NCBI GenBank assembly: GCA_964016885.1 | Contig: OZ024744.1 | Coordinates: 17,856,001 to 17,920,000, forward strand | Source of the DNA: Eledone cirrhosa | Lineage: Eukaryota | DNA: 64,000 nt | Reading direction: 5' to 3' | Shown: positions 1 to 12,810 of the stretch, piece by piece | How positions within the stretch are numbered: the first letter of the stretch is position 1 | Layout: every line of letters begins with the position of its first letter | The notes under the pieces: model-generated | Database searches by the model: none | Seen by the model: only the letters and a program-made list of their open reading frames with translations | What the model was told of the DNA's origin: nothing | Position numbers and translations under genes: made by a program

Positions 1-3000
1 GTATATTTCTGTATGTCTGTGTCACTGTGTATGTCACTGTATCTTTGTGTATGTATGTGTCCCTGTGTATGTCACTGTATGTTTCTGTATGTATGTGTCA
101 CTGTATATCACTGTATGTTTCTGTATGTCTGTGTCACTGTATATCTCACTGTGTGTTTCTGAATGTCTGTGTCACTGTGTATGTCACTGTGCGTTTCTGT
201 ATGTCTGTGTCACGGTGTATGTCACTGTATGTTTGTGTGTGTCTGTGTCACTGTGTATGTCACTGTGTGTTTGTGTATGTCTGTGTCACTGTATGTTTCT
301 GTATGTCTGTGTCACTGTGTACGTCACTGTGTGTTTCTGTATGTATGTGTCACTGTGTATGTCACTGTATGTGTGTGTATGTCTGTGTCACGGTGTATGT
401 CACTGTATCTTTGTGTATGTCTGTGTCACTGTGTATGTCAATGTCTCTGTGTGTTTCTGTATGTCTGTGTCTCTGTGTATGTCACTGTATCTTTGTGTAT
501 GTATGTGTCACTGTGTATGTCACTGTGTGTTTCTGTATGTTTGTGGCACTGTGTGTGTCACTGTGTGTTTCTGCATGTCAGTGTCACTGTGTATGTCACT
601 GTGTGTTTGTGTATGTCTGTGTCACTGTGTATGTCACTGTGTGTTTCTGTATGTCTGTGTAACTGTGTATGTCACTGTGTGTTTCTATATGTCTGTGTCT
701 CTGTGTATGTCACTGAGTGTTTATGTATGTCTGTGTCACTATGTATGTCGCTGTATGTTTGTGTTGTCTGTGTCACTGTGTATGTCACTGGGTGTTTCTG
801 TATGTCTGTGTCACTGTGTATGTCACTGTACGTTTCTGTATGTATGTATCACTGTGTATGTCACTGTGTGTTTCTGTATTCTGTGTCACTGTCTATGTCA
901 CTGTATCTTTGTGTATGTCTGTGTCACTGTGTATGTCAATGTGTGTTTCTGTATGTATGTGTCTCTGTGTATGTCACTGTATCTTTGTGTATGTATGTGT
1001 CACTGTGTATGTCACTGTGTGTTTGTGTATGTCTGTGTCACTGAGTATGTTACTGTGAGTTTCTGTATGTCTGTGTCACTGTGTATGTCACTGTATATTT
1101 CTGTATGTCTGTGTCAGTGTGTATGTCACTGGGTGTTTCTGTATGTCTGTGTCACACTGTATATCATTGTATATTTGTGTAGGTCTCTGTCACCGTGTAT
1201 GTCACTGTGAGTTTCTGTATGTCTGTGTCACTGTGTATGTCACAGTGTTTTTCTGTATGTATGTGTCACTGCGTATGTCACTGTATGTCTCTGTATGTAT
1301 GTGTCACTGTCTATGTCACTGTATCTTTGTGTATGTCTACGTCACTGTGTATGTCACTGTGTGTTTCTGTATGTCTGTGTCTCTGTGTATGTCACTGTAT
1401 CTTTGTGTATGTCTGTGTCACTGTGTATGTCACTCTGTGTTTCTGTATATCTGTGTCACTGTGTATGTCACTGTGTGTTTCTGTATATATGTGTCTCTGT
1501 GTATGTCACTGTATCTTTGTGTATGCTTGTGTCACTGTGTATGTCACTGTATCTGTGTGTATGTCTGTGTCACGGTGTATATCACTGTATGTTTGTGTAT
1601 GTCTGTGTCACTCTATATGTCACTGTACGTTTGTGTATCTCTGTGTGACTGTGTATGTCACTGTATGTTTGTGTATGTCTGTGTCACTGTGTACGTCACT
1701 GTGTGTTTCTGTATGTATGTGTCACTGTCTATGTCACTATATGTTTCTGAATGTCTGTGTCACTGTGTATGTCACTGTGTGTTTCTGTATGTCTGTGTCA
1801 CGGTGTATGTCACTGTATGTTTGTGTGTGTCTGTGTCACTGTGTATGTCACTGTGTGTTTGTGTATGTCTGTGTCACTGTATGTTTCTGTATGTCTGTGT
1901 CACTGTGTATGTCACTGTCTGTATCTGTATGTCTGTGTCACCGTGTATGTCACTGTATCTTTGTGTATGCCTGTGTCACTGTGTATGTCACTGTGTGATT
2001 CTGTATGTCTGTGTCACTGTGTATGTCACTGTGTGTTTCTGTATGTTTGTGTCACTGTGTATGTCAATAAATGTTTGTGTGTGTCTGTGTCTCTGTCTAT
2101 GTCACTGTGTGTTTGCGTGTGTCTGTGTCACTGTGTATGTCACTGTTTGTTTGTGTATGTCTGTGTCACTGTGCATGTCATTGTATCTTCGTGTATGTCT
2201 GTGTCACTGTGTATGTCACTGTATCTGTGTGTATGTCTGTGTCACTCTGTATGTCACTGTGTGTTTCTGCATGTCTGTGTTACTGTGTATGTCATTGTGT
2301 GTTTCTGTATGTCTGTGTCACTGTGTATGTCACTGTATGTTTCTGTATGTCTGTTTCACTGTGTATGTCACTGTGTGTTTCTGTATGTCTCTGTCACTCT
2401 GTATGTCACTGTATATTTCTGTATGTCTGTGTCACTGTGTATGTCACTGTACGTTTCTGTATGTCTGTGTCACTGTGTATGTCACTGTATTTTTCTGTAT
2501 GTCTGTGTCACTGTGTATGTCACTGTATCTTTGTGTATGTATGTGTTCCTGTGTATGTCACTGTATGTTTCTGTATGTCTGTGTCACTGTGTATGTCACT
2601 GTGTGTTTCTGTATGTCTGTGTCACTGTGTATGTCACTGTATCTTTGTGTATGTCTGTGTCACCGTGTATGTCACTGTATGTTTCTGTATGTCTGTGTCA
2701 CTGTGTATGTCACTGTATGTTTCTGTATGTCTGTATCACTGTGTATGTCACTGTATGTTTCTGTGTGTCTGTGTCACTGTGTATGTCACTGTATCTTCGT
2801 GTATGTATGTGACCCTGTGTATGTCACTGTATGTTTCTGTATGTCTGTGTCACTGTGTATATCACTGTATGTTTCTGTATGTCTGTGTCACTGTCTATCT
2901 CCCTGTATGTTTCTGAATGTCTGTGTCACTGTGTATGTCACTGTGCGTTTCTGTATGTCTGTGTCACGGTGTATGTCACTGTGTGTTTCTGTATGTCTGT

Positions 3001-4465
3001 GTCACTGTGTAAGTCATTGTATATTTGTGTATGTATGTGGCACTCTGTATGTCATTGTGTGTTTCTGTATGTCTGTGTGACTGTCTATGTCACTGTATAT
3101 TTGTGTATGTCTGTGACACTGTGTATGTCAATGTGTGTTTCTGTATGTATGTGTCTCTGTGTATGTCACTGTATCTTTGTGTATGTATGTGTCACTGTGT
3201 ATGTCACTGTGTGTTTGTGTATGACTGTGTCAATGTGTATGTTACTGTGAGTTTCTGTATGTCTGTGTCACGGTGTATGTCACTGCATCTTTGTGTAGGT
3301 CTGTGTCAGCGTGTATGTCACTGTATCTTTATGTATGTCTGTGTCACTGTTTATGTCACTGTGAGTTTCTGTATGTATGTGTCACTGTGTATGTCACAGT
3401 GTGTTTCTGTATGTCTGTGTCACTGTGTATGTCACTGTATGTCTCTGTATGTCTGTGTCACTGTCTATGTCACTGTATATTTGTGTATGTCTGCGTCACT
3501 GTGTATGTCACTGTGTGTTTCTGTATGTCTGTGTCTCTGTGTATGTCACTGTATCTTTGTGTATGTCTGTGTCACTGTGTATGTCACTGTATCTTTGTGT
3601 ATGTCTGTGTCACGGTGTATATCGTTGTATGTTTGTGTATTCTGTGTCACTCTATATGTCACTGTATGTTTCTGTATGTATGTGTCACTGTGTATGTCAA
3701 TATGTGTTTCTGTATCTCTGTGTCACGGTGTATGTCACTGTATGTTTGTGTATGTCTGTGTGACTGTGTATGTCAATGTATGTTTCTGTATGTCTGTGTC
3801 ACTGTGTATGTCACTGTGTGTTTCTGTATGTCTGTGTCACTGTGTATATCACTGCATCTTTGTGTATGTCTGTGTCACTGTGTATGTCACTGTGTGTTTC
3901 TGTATGTCTGTGTCACTGTCTATGTCACTGTATGTTTCTGAACGTCTGTGTCACTGTGTATGACACTCTGTGTTTCTGTATATCTGTGACACGGTGTATG
4001 TCACTGTATGTTTGTGTGTGTCTGTGTCATTGTGTATGTCACTGTGTGTTTCTGTATGTCTGTGTCACCGTGTATGTTACTGTATCTTTGTGTATGCCTG
4101 TGTCACTGGGTATGTCACTGTGTGTTTCTGTATGTCTGTGTCACTGTGTATGTCACTGTGTGTTTCTGTATGTTTGTGTCACTGTGTATGTCACTGTGTG
4201 TTTGTGTATGTCTGTGTCACTGTATGTTTCTGTATGTCTGTGTCACTGTGTATGTCACTGTGTGTTTCTGTATGTTTGTGTCACTGTGTATGTCACTAAA
4301 TGTTTGTGTGTGTCTGTGTCTCTGTGTATGTCACTGTGTGTTTGCTTGTGCCTGTGTCACTGTGTATGTCACTGTGTGTTTCTGTATGTCTGTGTGACTG
4401 TGTATGTCACTGTGTGTTTGTGTATGTCTGTGTCACTGTGTGTGTTTCTGTATGTCTGTGTCACT
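1..4465. repeat. Higher-order block A, copy 1 (copy 2 at about 8410-12810)
   Basis: ORF-track pairs 163/8570, 717/9124 and 1119/9526 (offset 8407), and 3273/11618 and 4008/12353 (offset 8345). The rare variant AATAAA is shared at 2066 and 10421. Confidence 0.9.
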
Positions 4466-7400
4466 CTGTATATCACTGTATCTTTGTGTAGGTCTGTGTC
4501 ACCGTGTATGTCACTGTGAGTTTCTGTATGTCTGTGTCACTGTGTATGTCACAGTGTGTTTCTGTATGTATGTGTCACTGTCTATGTCACTGTATCTTTG
4601 TGTATGTATACGTCACTGTGTATGTCACTGTGTGTTTCTGTATGTCTGTGTCTCTGTGTATGTCACTGTATGTTTGTGTGTGTGTCTGTGTCACTGTGTA
4701 TGCCAATTATGTCTCTGTATGTCTGTGTCAGTGTGTATGTCACTGGGTGTTTCTGTATGTCTGTGTCACTCTGTATATCACTGTATCTTTGTGTAGGTCT
4801 GTGTCACCGTATATGTCACTGTATCTTTGTGTATGTCTGTGTCACTGTGTATGTCATTATATCTTTGTGTATGTCTGTGTGACTGTGTATGTCACTGTAT
4901 GTCCATGTATGTCTGTGTCACTGTGTATGTCACTGTATCTTTCTGTATGTCTGTGTCACTGTGTATGTCACTGTGTGTTTCTGTATGTCTGTGTTTCTGT
5001 GTATGTCATTGTATCTTTGTGTATGTCTGTGTCACTGTGTATGTCACTGTGTGTTTTTGTATATCTGTGTCTCTGTGTATGTCTCTGTATCTGTATGTAT
5101 ATCTGTGTCACTGTGTATGTCACTGTATCTTTCTGTATGTCTGTGTCACGGTGTATATCACTGTATGTTTCTGTATGTCTGTGTCACTGTCCATCTCACT
5201 GTATGTTTCTGAATGTCTGTGTCACTGTGTATGTCACTGTGCGTTACTGTATGTCTCTGTCACTGTGTATGTCACTGTGTGTTTCTGTATGTCTGTGTCA
5301 CTGTATATGTCACTGTATGTTTGTTTATGTCTGTGTCACTGTGTATGTCACTGTGTGTTTCTGTATGTCTGTGTCACTGTGTATGTCACTGAGTGTTTCT
5401 GTATGTCTGTGTCACAATGTATGTCGCTGTATGTTTGTGTTATCTGTGTCACTGTGTATGTCACTGGGTGTTTCTGTGTGTCTGTGTCACTGTGTATGTC
5501 ACTGTGCGTTTCTGTATGTATGTATCACTGTGTATGTCACTGTGTGTTTCTGTATGTCTGTGTCACTGTGTAAGTCATTGTATTTTTGTGTATGTCTGTG
5601 GCACTCTGTATGTCATAGTGTGTTTCTGTATGTCTGTGTCACTGTGTATGTCAATGTGTGTTTCTGTATGTATATGTCTCTGTGTATGTCACTGTATCTT
5701 TGTGTATGTATGTGTCACTGTGTATGTCACTGTGTGTTTGTGTATGCCTGTGTCACTGTGTATGTTACTGTGAGTTTCTGTATGTCTGTGTCACTGTGTA
5801 TGTCACTGTATATTTCTGTATGTCTGTGTCAGTGTGTATGTCACTGGGTGTTTCTGTATGTCTGTGTCACTCTGTATATCACTGTATCTTTGTGTAGGTC
5901 TGTGTCACCGTGTATGTCACTGTGAGTTTCTGTATGTCTGTGTCACTGTGTATGTCACAGTGTGTTTCTGTATGTATGTGTCACTGTCTATGTCACTGTA
6001 TCTTTGTGTATGTGTACGTCACTGTGTATGTCACTGTGTGTTTCTGTATGTCTGTGTCTCTGTGTATGTCACTGTATCTTTGTGTATGTCTGTGTCACTG
6101 TGTATGTCACTGTGTGTTTCTGTATGTCTGTGTCACTGTGTATGTCAATGTGTGTTTCTGTATATCTGTGTCTCTGTGTATGTCACTGTATCTTTGTGTA
6201 TGTCTGTGTCACTGTGTATGTCACTGTATATTTGTGTATGTCTGTGTCACTCTATATGTCACTGTACGTTTGTGTATGTCTGTGTGACTGTGTATGTCAC
6301 TGTATGTTTCTGTATGTCTGTGTCACTGTGTATGTCACTGTATGTTTGTGTATGTATGTGTCATTGTGTATGTCACTGTGTGTTTATGTATGTCTGTGTC
6401 ACTGTGTATTTCACTGACTGTCTCTGTATGTCTGTGTCACTATCTATGTCACTGTATCTTTGTGTATGTCTGTGTCTCTGTGTATGTCACTGTGTGTTTC
6501 TGTATGTCTGTGTCTCTGTGTATGTCACTGTATGTTTGTGTGTGTCTGTGTCACTGTGTATGCCAATTATGTCTCTGTATGTCTGTGTCAGTGTGTATGT
6601 CACTGGCTGTTTCTGTATGTCTGTGTCACTCTGTATATCACTGTATCTTTGTGTAGGTCTGAGTCACCGTGTATGTCACTGTATCTTTGTGTATGTCTGT
6701 GTCACTGTGTATGTCATTATATCTTTGTTTTTATTCTGTGTGACTGTGTATGTCACTGTATGTTTCTGTATGCCTGTGTCACTGTGTTTGTCACTGTGTG
6801 TTTATGTATGTCTGTGTCACTGTGTATGTCACTGTATCTTTGTGTATGTCTGTGTCACTGTGTATTTCACTGTCTGTCTCTGTATGTCTGTGTCACTATC
6901 TATGTCACTGTATCTTTGTGTATGTCTGTGTCTCTGTGTATGTCACTGTGTGTTTCTGTATGTCTGTGTCTCTGTGTATGTCATTGTATCTTTGTGTATG
7001 TCTGTGTCACTGTGTATGTCACTGTGTGTTTCTGTATATCTGTGTCTCTGTGTATGTCTCTGTATCTGTATGTATATCTGTGTCACTGTGTATGTCACTG
7101 TATCTTTCTGTATGTCTGTGTCACTGTCCATCTCACTGTATGTTTCTGAATGTCTGTGTCACTGTGTATGTCACTGTGCGTTTCTGTATGTATGTGTCAC
7201 TGTGTATGTCACTGTGAGTTTCTGTATGTCTGTGTCACTGTGTATGTCACTGTATATTTCTGTATGTCTGTGTCACCGTGTATGTCACTGTGAGTTTCTT
7301 TATGTCTGTGTCACTGTGTATGTCACAGTGTGTTTCTGTATGTATGTGTTACTGTCTATGTCACTGTATCTTTGTGTATGTATACGTCACTGTGTATGTC

Positions 7401-8409
7401 ACTGTGTGTTTCTGTATGTCTGTGTCTCTGTGTATGTCACTGTATCTTTGTGTATGTCTGTGTCACTGTGTATGTCACTGTATCTTTGTGTATGTCTGTG
7501 TCACTCTATATGTCACTGTACGTTTGTGTATGTCTGTGTGACTGTGTATGTCACTGTATGTTTCTGTATGTCCGTGTCACTGTGTATGTCACTGTGTGTT
7601 TCTGTATGTCTGTGTCTCTGTGTATGTCACTGTATCTTTGTGTATGTCTGTGTCACTGTGTACGTCACTGTGTGTTTCTGTATGTATGTGTCACTGTCTA
7701 TGTCACTGTATGTTTCTGAATGTCTGTGTCACTGTGTATGTCAGTGTGTTTCTGTATGTCTGTGTCACGGTGTATGTCACTGTATGTTTGTGGGTGTCTG
7801 TGTCACTGTGTATGTCACTGTGTGTTTGTGTATGTCTGTGTCACTGTATGTTTATGTATGTCTGTGTCACTGTGTATGTCACTGTGTGTTTCTGTATGTC
7901 TGTGTCACCGTGTATGTCACTGTATCATTGTGTATGCCTGTGTCACTGTGTATGTCACTGTGTGATTCTGTTTGTCTGTGTCACTGTGTATGTCACTGTA
8001 TGTTTCTGTATGTTTGTGTCACTGTGTATGTCACTAAATGTGTGTGTGTGTCTGTGTCTCTGTCTATGTCACTGTGTGTTTGCGTGTGTCTGTGTCACTG
8101 TGTATGTCACTGTGTGTTTCTGTATGCCTGTGTGACTGTGTATGTCACTGTCTGTTTGTGTATGTCTGTGTCACTGTGTGTGTTTCTGTATGTCTGTGTC
8201 ACTGTGCATGTCATTGTATCTTTGTGTATGTCTGTGTCACTGTGTATGTCATTGTATCTTTGTGTATGTCTGTGTCACTCTGTATGTCACTGAGTGTTTC
8301 TGCTAGTCTGTGTCACTGTGTATGTCACTGTATGTTTCTGTATGTCTGTTTCACTGTGTATGTCACTGTGTGTTTCTGTATGTCTCTGACACTCTGTATG
8401 TCACTGTGT

Positions 8410-11400
8410 GTTTCTGTATGTCTGTGTCACCGTGTATGTCACTGTATCTTTGTGTATGTATGTGTCCCTGTGTATGTCACTGTATGTTTCTGTATGTATG
8501 TGTCACAGTGTATATCACTGTATGTTTCTGTATGTCTGTGTCACTGTATATCTCACTGTGTGTTTCTGAATGTCTGTGTCACTGTGTATGTCACTGTGCG
8601 TTTCTGTATGTCTGTGTCACGGTGTATGTCACTGTATGTTTGTGTGTGTCTGTGTCACTGTGTATGTCACTGTGTGTTTGTGTATGTCTGTGTCACTGTA
8701 TGTTTCTGTATGTCTGTGTCACTGTGTACGTCACTGTGTGTTTCTGTATGTATGTGTCACTGTGTATGTCACTGTATGTGTGTGTATGTCTGTGTCACGG
8801 TGTATGTCACTGTATCTTTGTGTATGTCTGTGTCACTGTGTATGTCAATGTCTCTGTGTGTTTCTGTATGTCTGTGTCTCTGTGTATGTCACTGTATCTT
8901 TGTGTATGTATGTGTCACTGTGTATGTCACTGTGTGTTTCTGTATGTTTGTGTCACTGTGTGTGTCACTGAGTGTTTCTGCATGTCAGTGTCACTGTGTA
9001 TGTCACTGTGTGTTTGTGTATGTCTGTGTCACTGTGTATGTCACTGTGTGTTTCTGTATGTCTGTGTAACTGTGTATGTCACTGTGTGTTTCTATATGTC
9101 TGTGTCTCTGTGTATGTCACTGAGTGTTTCTGTATGTCTGTGTCACTATGTATGTCGCTGTATGTTTGTGTTGTCTGTGTCACTGTGTATGTCACTGGGT
9201 GTTTCTGTATGTCTGTGTCACTGTGTATGTCACTGTGCGTTTCTGTATGTATGTATCACTGTGTATGTCACTGTGTGTTTCTGTATTCTGTGTCACTGTC
9301 TATGTCACTGTATCTTTGTGTATGTCTGTGTCACTGTGTATGTCAATGTGTGTTTCTGTATGTATGTGTCTCTGTGTATGTCACTGTATCTTTGTGTATG
9401 TATGTGTCACTGTGTATGTCACTGTGTGTTTGTGTATGTCTGTGTCACTGAGTATGTTACTGTGAGTTTCTGTATGTCTGTGTCACTGTGTATGTCACTG
9501 TATATTTCTGTATGTCTGTGTCAGTGTGTATGTCACTGGGTGTTTCTGTATGTCTGTGTCACACTGTATATCATTGTATATTTGTGTAGGTCTCTGTCAC
9601 CGTGTATGTCACTGTGAGTTTCTGTATGTCTGTGTCACTGTGTATGTCACAGTGTTTTTCTGTATGTATGTGTCACTGCGTATGTCACTGTATGTCTCTG
9701 TATGTATGTGTCACTGTCTATGTCACTGTATATTTGTGTATGTCTACGTCACTGTGTATGTCACTGTGTGTTTCTGTATGTCTGTGTCTCTGTGTATGTC
9801 ACTGTATCTTTGTGTATGTCTGTGTCACTGTGTATGTCACTCTGTGTTTCTGTATATCTGTGTCACTGTGTATGTCACTGTGTGTTTCTGTATATATGTG
9901 TCTCTGTGTATGTCACTGTATCTTTGTGTATGCTTGTGTCACTGTGTATGTCACTGTATCTTTGTGTATGTCTGTGTCACGGTGTATATCACTGTACGTT
10001 TGTGTATCTCTGTGTGACTGTGTATGTCACTGTATGTTTCTGTATGTCTGTGTCACTGTGTACGTCACTGTGTGTTTCTGTATGTATGTGTCACTGTCTA
10101 TGTCACTGTATGTTTCTGAATGTATGTGTCACTGTGTATGTCACTGTGTGTTTCTGTATGTCTGTGTCACGGTGTATGTCACTGTATGTTTGTGTGTGTC
10201 TGTGTCACTGTGTATGTCACTGTGTGTTTGTGTATGTCTGTGTCACTGTATGTTTCTGTATGTCTGTGTCACTGTGTATGTCACTGTCTGTATCTGTATG
10301 TCTGTGTCACTGTGTATGTCACTGTATCTTTGTGTATGCCTGTGTCACTGTGTGATTCTGTATGTCTGTGTCACTGTGTGTCACTGTGTGTTTCTGTATG
10401 TTTGTGTCACTGTGTATGTCAATAAATGTTTGTGTGTGTCTGTGTCTCTGTCTATGTCACTGTGTGTTTGCGTGTGTCTGTGTCACTGTGTATGTCACTG
10501 TTTGTTTGTGTATGTCTGTGTCACTGTGTGTGTTTCTGTATGTCTGTGTCACTGTGCATGTCATTGTATCTTCGTGTATGTCTGTGTCACTGTGTAGGTC
10601 ACTGTATCTTTGTGTATGTCTGTGTCACTCTGTATGTCACTGTGTGTTTCTGCATGTCTGTGTTACTGTGTATGTCATTGTGTGTTTCTGTATGTCTGTG
10701 TCACTGTGTATGTCACTGTATGTTTCTGTATGTCTGTTTCACTGTGTATGTCACTGTGTGTTTCTGTATGTCTCTGTCACTCTGTATGTCACTGTATATT
10801 TCTGTATGTCTGTGTCACTGTGTATGTCACTGTACGTTTCTGTATGTCTGTGTCACTGTGTATGTCACTGTATTTTTCTGTATGTCTGTGTCACTGTGTA
10901 TGTCACTGTATCTTTGTGTATGTATGTGTTCCTGTGTATGTCACTGTATGTTTCTGTATGTCTGTGTCACTGTGTATGTCACTGTGTGTTTCTGTATGTC
11001 TGTGTCACTGTGTATGTCACTGTATCTTTGTGTATGTCTGTGTCACCGTGTATGTCACTGTATGTTTCTGTATGTCTGTGTCACTGTGTATGTCACTGTA
11101 TGTTTCTGTATGTCTGTATCACTGTGTATGTCACTGTATGTTTCTGTGTGTCTGTGTCACTGTGTATGTCACTGTATCTTCGTGTATGTATGTGACCCTG
11201 TGTATGTCACTGTATGTTTCTGTATGTCTGTGTCACTGTGTATATCACTGTATGTTTCTGTATGTCTGTGTCACTGTCTATCTCCCTGTATGTTTCTGAA
11301 TGTCTGTGTCACTGTGTATGTCACTGTGCGTTTCTGTATGTCTGTGTCACGGTGTATGTCACTGTGTGTTTCTGTATGTCTGTGTCACTCTGTATGTCAT

Positions 11401-12810
11401 TGTGTGTTTCTGTATGTCTGTGTGACTGTCTATGTCACTGTATATTTGTGTATGTCTGTGACACTGTGTATGTCAATGTGTGTTTCTGTATGTATGTGTC
11501 TCTGTGTATGTCACTGTATCTTTGTGTATGTATGTGTCACTGTGTATGTCACTGTGTGTTTGTGTATGACTGTGTCAATGTGTATGTTACTGTGAGTTTC
11601 TGTATGTCTGTGTCACGGTGTATGTCACTGCATCTTTGTGTAGGTCTGTGTCAGCGTGTATGTCACTGTATCTTTATGTATGTCTGTGTCACTGTTTATG
11701 TCACTGTGAGTTTCTGTATGTATGTGTCACTGTGTATGTCACAGTGTGTTTCTGTATGTCTGTGTCACTGTGTATGTCACTGTATGTCTCTGTATGTCTG
11801 TGTCACTGTCTATGTCACTGTATATTTGTGTATGTCTGCGTCACTGTGTATGTCACTGTGTGTTTCTGTATGTCTGTGTCTCTGTGTATGTCACTGTATC
11901 TTTGTGTATGTCTGTGTCACTGTGTATGTCACTGTATCTTTGTGTATGTCTGTGTCATGGTGTATATCGTTGTATGTTTGTGTATTCTGTGTCACTCTAT
12001 ATGTCACTGTATGTTTCTGTATGTATGTGTCACTGTGTATGTCAATATGTGTTTCTGTATCTCTGTGTCACGGTGTATGTCACTGTATGTTTGTGTATGT
12101 CTGTGTGACTGTGTATGTCAATGTATGTTTCTGTATGTCTGTGTCACTGTGTATGTCACTGTGTGTTTCTGTATGTCTGTGTCACTGTGTATGTCACTGC
12201 ATCTTTGTGTATGTCTGTGTCACTGTGTATGTCACTGTGTGTTTCTGTATGTCTGTGTCACTGTCTATGTCACTGTATGTTTCTGAACGTCTGTGTCACT
12301 GTGTATGTCACTCTGTGTTTCTGTATATCTGTGACACGGTGTATGTCACTGTATGTTTGTGTGTGTCTGTGTCATTGTGTATGTCACTGTGTGTTTCTGT
12401 ATGTCTGTGTCACCGTGTATGTTACTGTATCTTTGTGTATGCCTGTGTCACTGCGTATGTCACTGTGTGTTTCTGTATGTCTGTGTCACTGTGTATGTCA
12501 CTGTGTGTTTCTGTATGTTTGTGTCACTGTGTATGTCACTGTGTGTTTGTGTATGTCTGTGTCACTGTATGTTTCTGTATGTCTGTGTCACTGTGTATGT
12601 CACTGTGTGTTTATGTATGTTTGTGTCACTGTGTATGTCACTAAATGTTTGTGTGTGTCTGTGTCTCTGTGTATGTCACTGTGTGTTTGCGTGTGCCTTT
12701 GTCACTGTGTATGTCACTGTGTGTTTCTGTATGTCTGTGTGACTGTGTATGTCACTGTGTGTTTGTGTATGTCTGTGTCACTGTGTGTGTTTCTGTATGT
12801 CTGTGTCACT
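8410..12810. repeat. Higher-order block A, copy 2
   Basis: Same ordered rare variants as 1-4465, with the offset stepping from 8407 to 8383 to 8345. Confidence 0.9.

Noticed and set aside
361-385. Z-DNA or poly(UG)-fold potential from alternating purine-pyrimidine runs
   Set aside because: Alternating runs are short (typically under 20 nt) and broken by TC, CT and TTT in every monomer.
579-589. Small inverted repeat CAGTG-T-CACTG in the recurrent GCATGTCAGTGTCACTG variant
   Set aside because: A 5-bp arm produced by one T>A change next to the quasi-palindromic CACTGTG is too short to be a terminator or cruciform.
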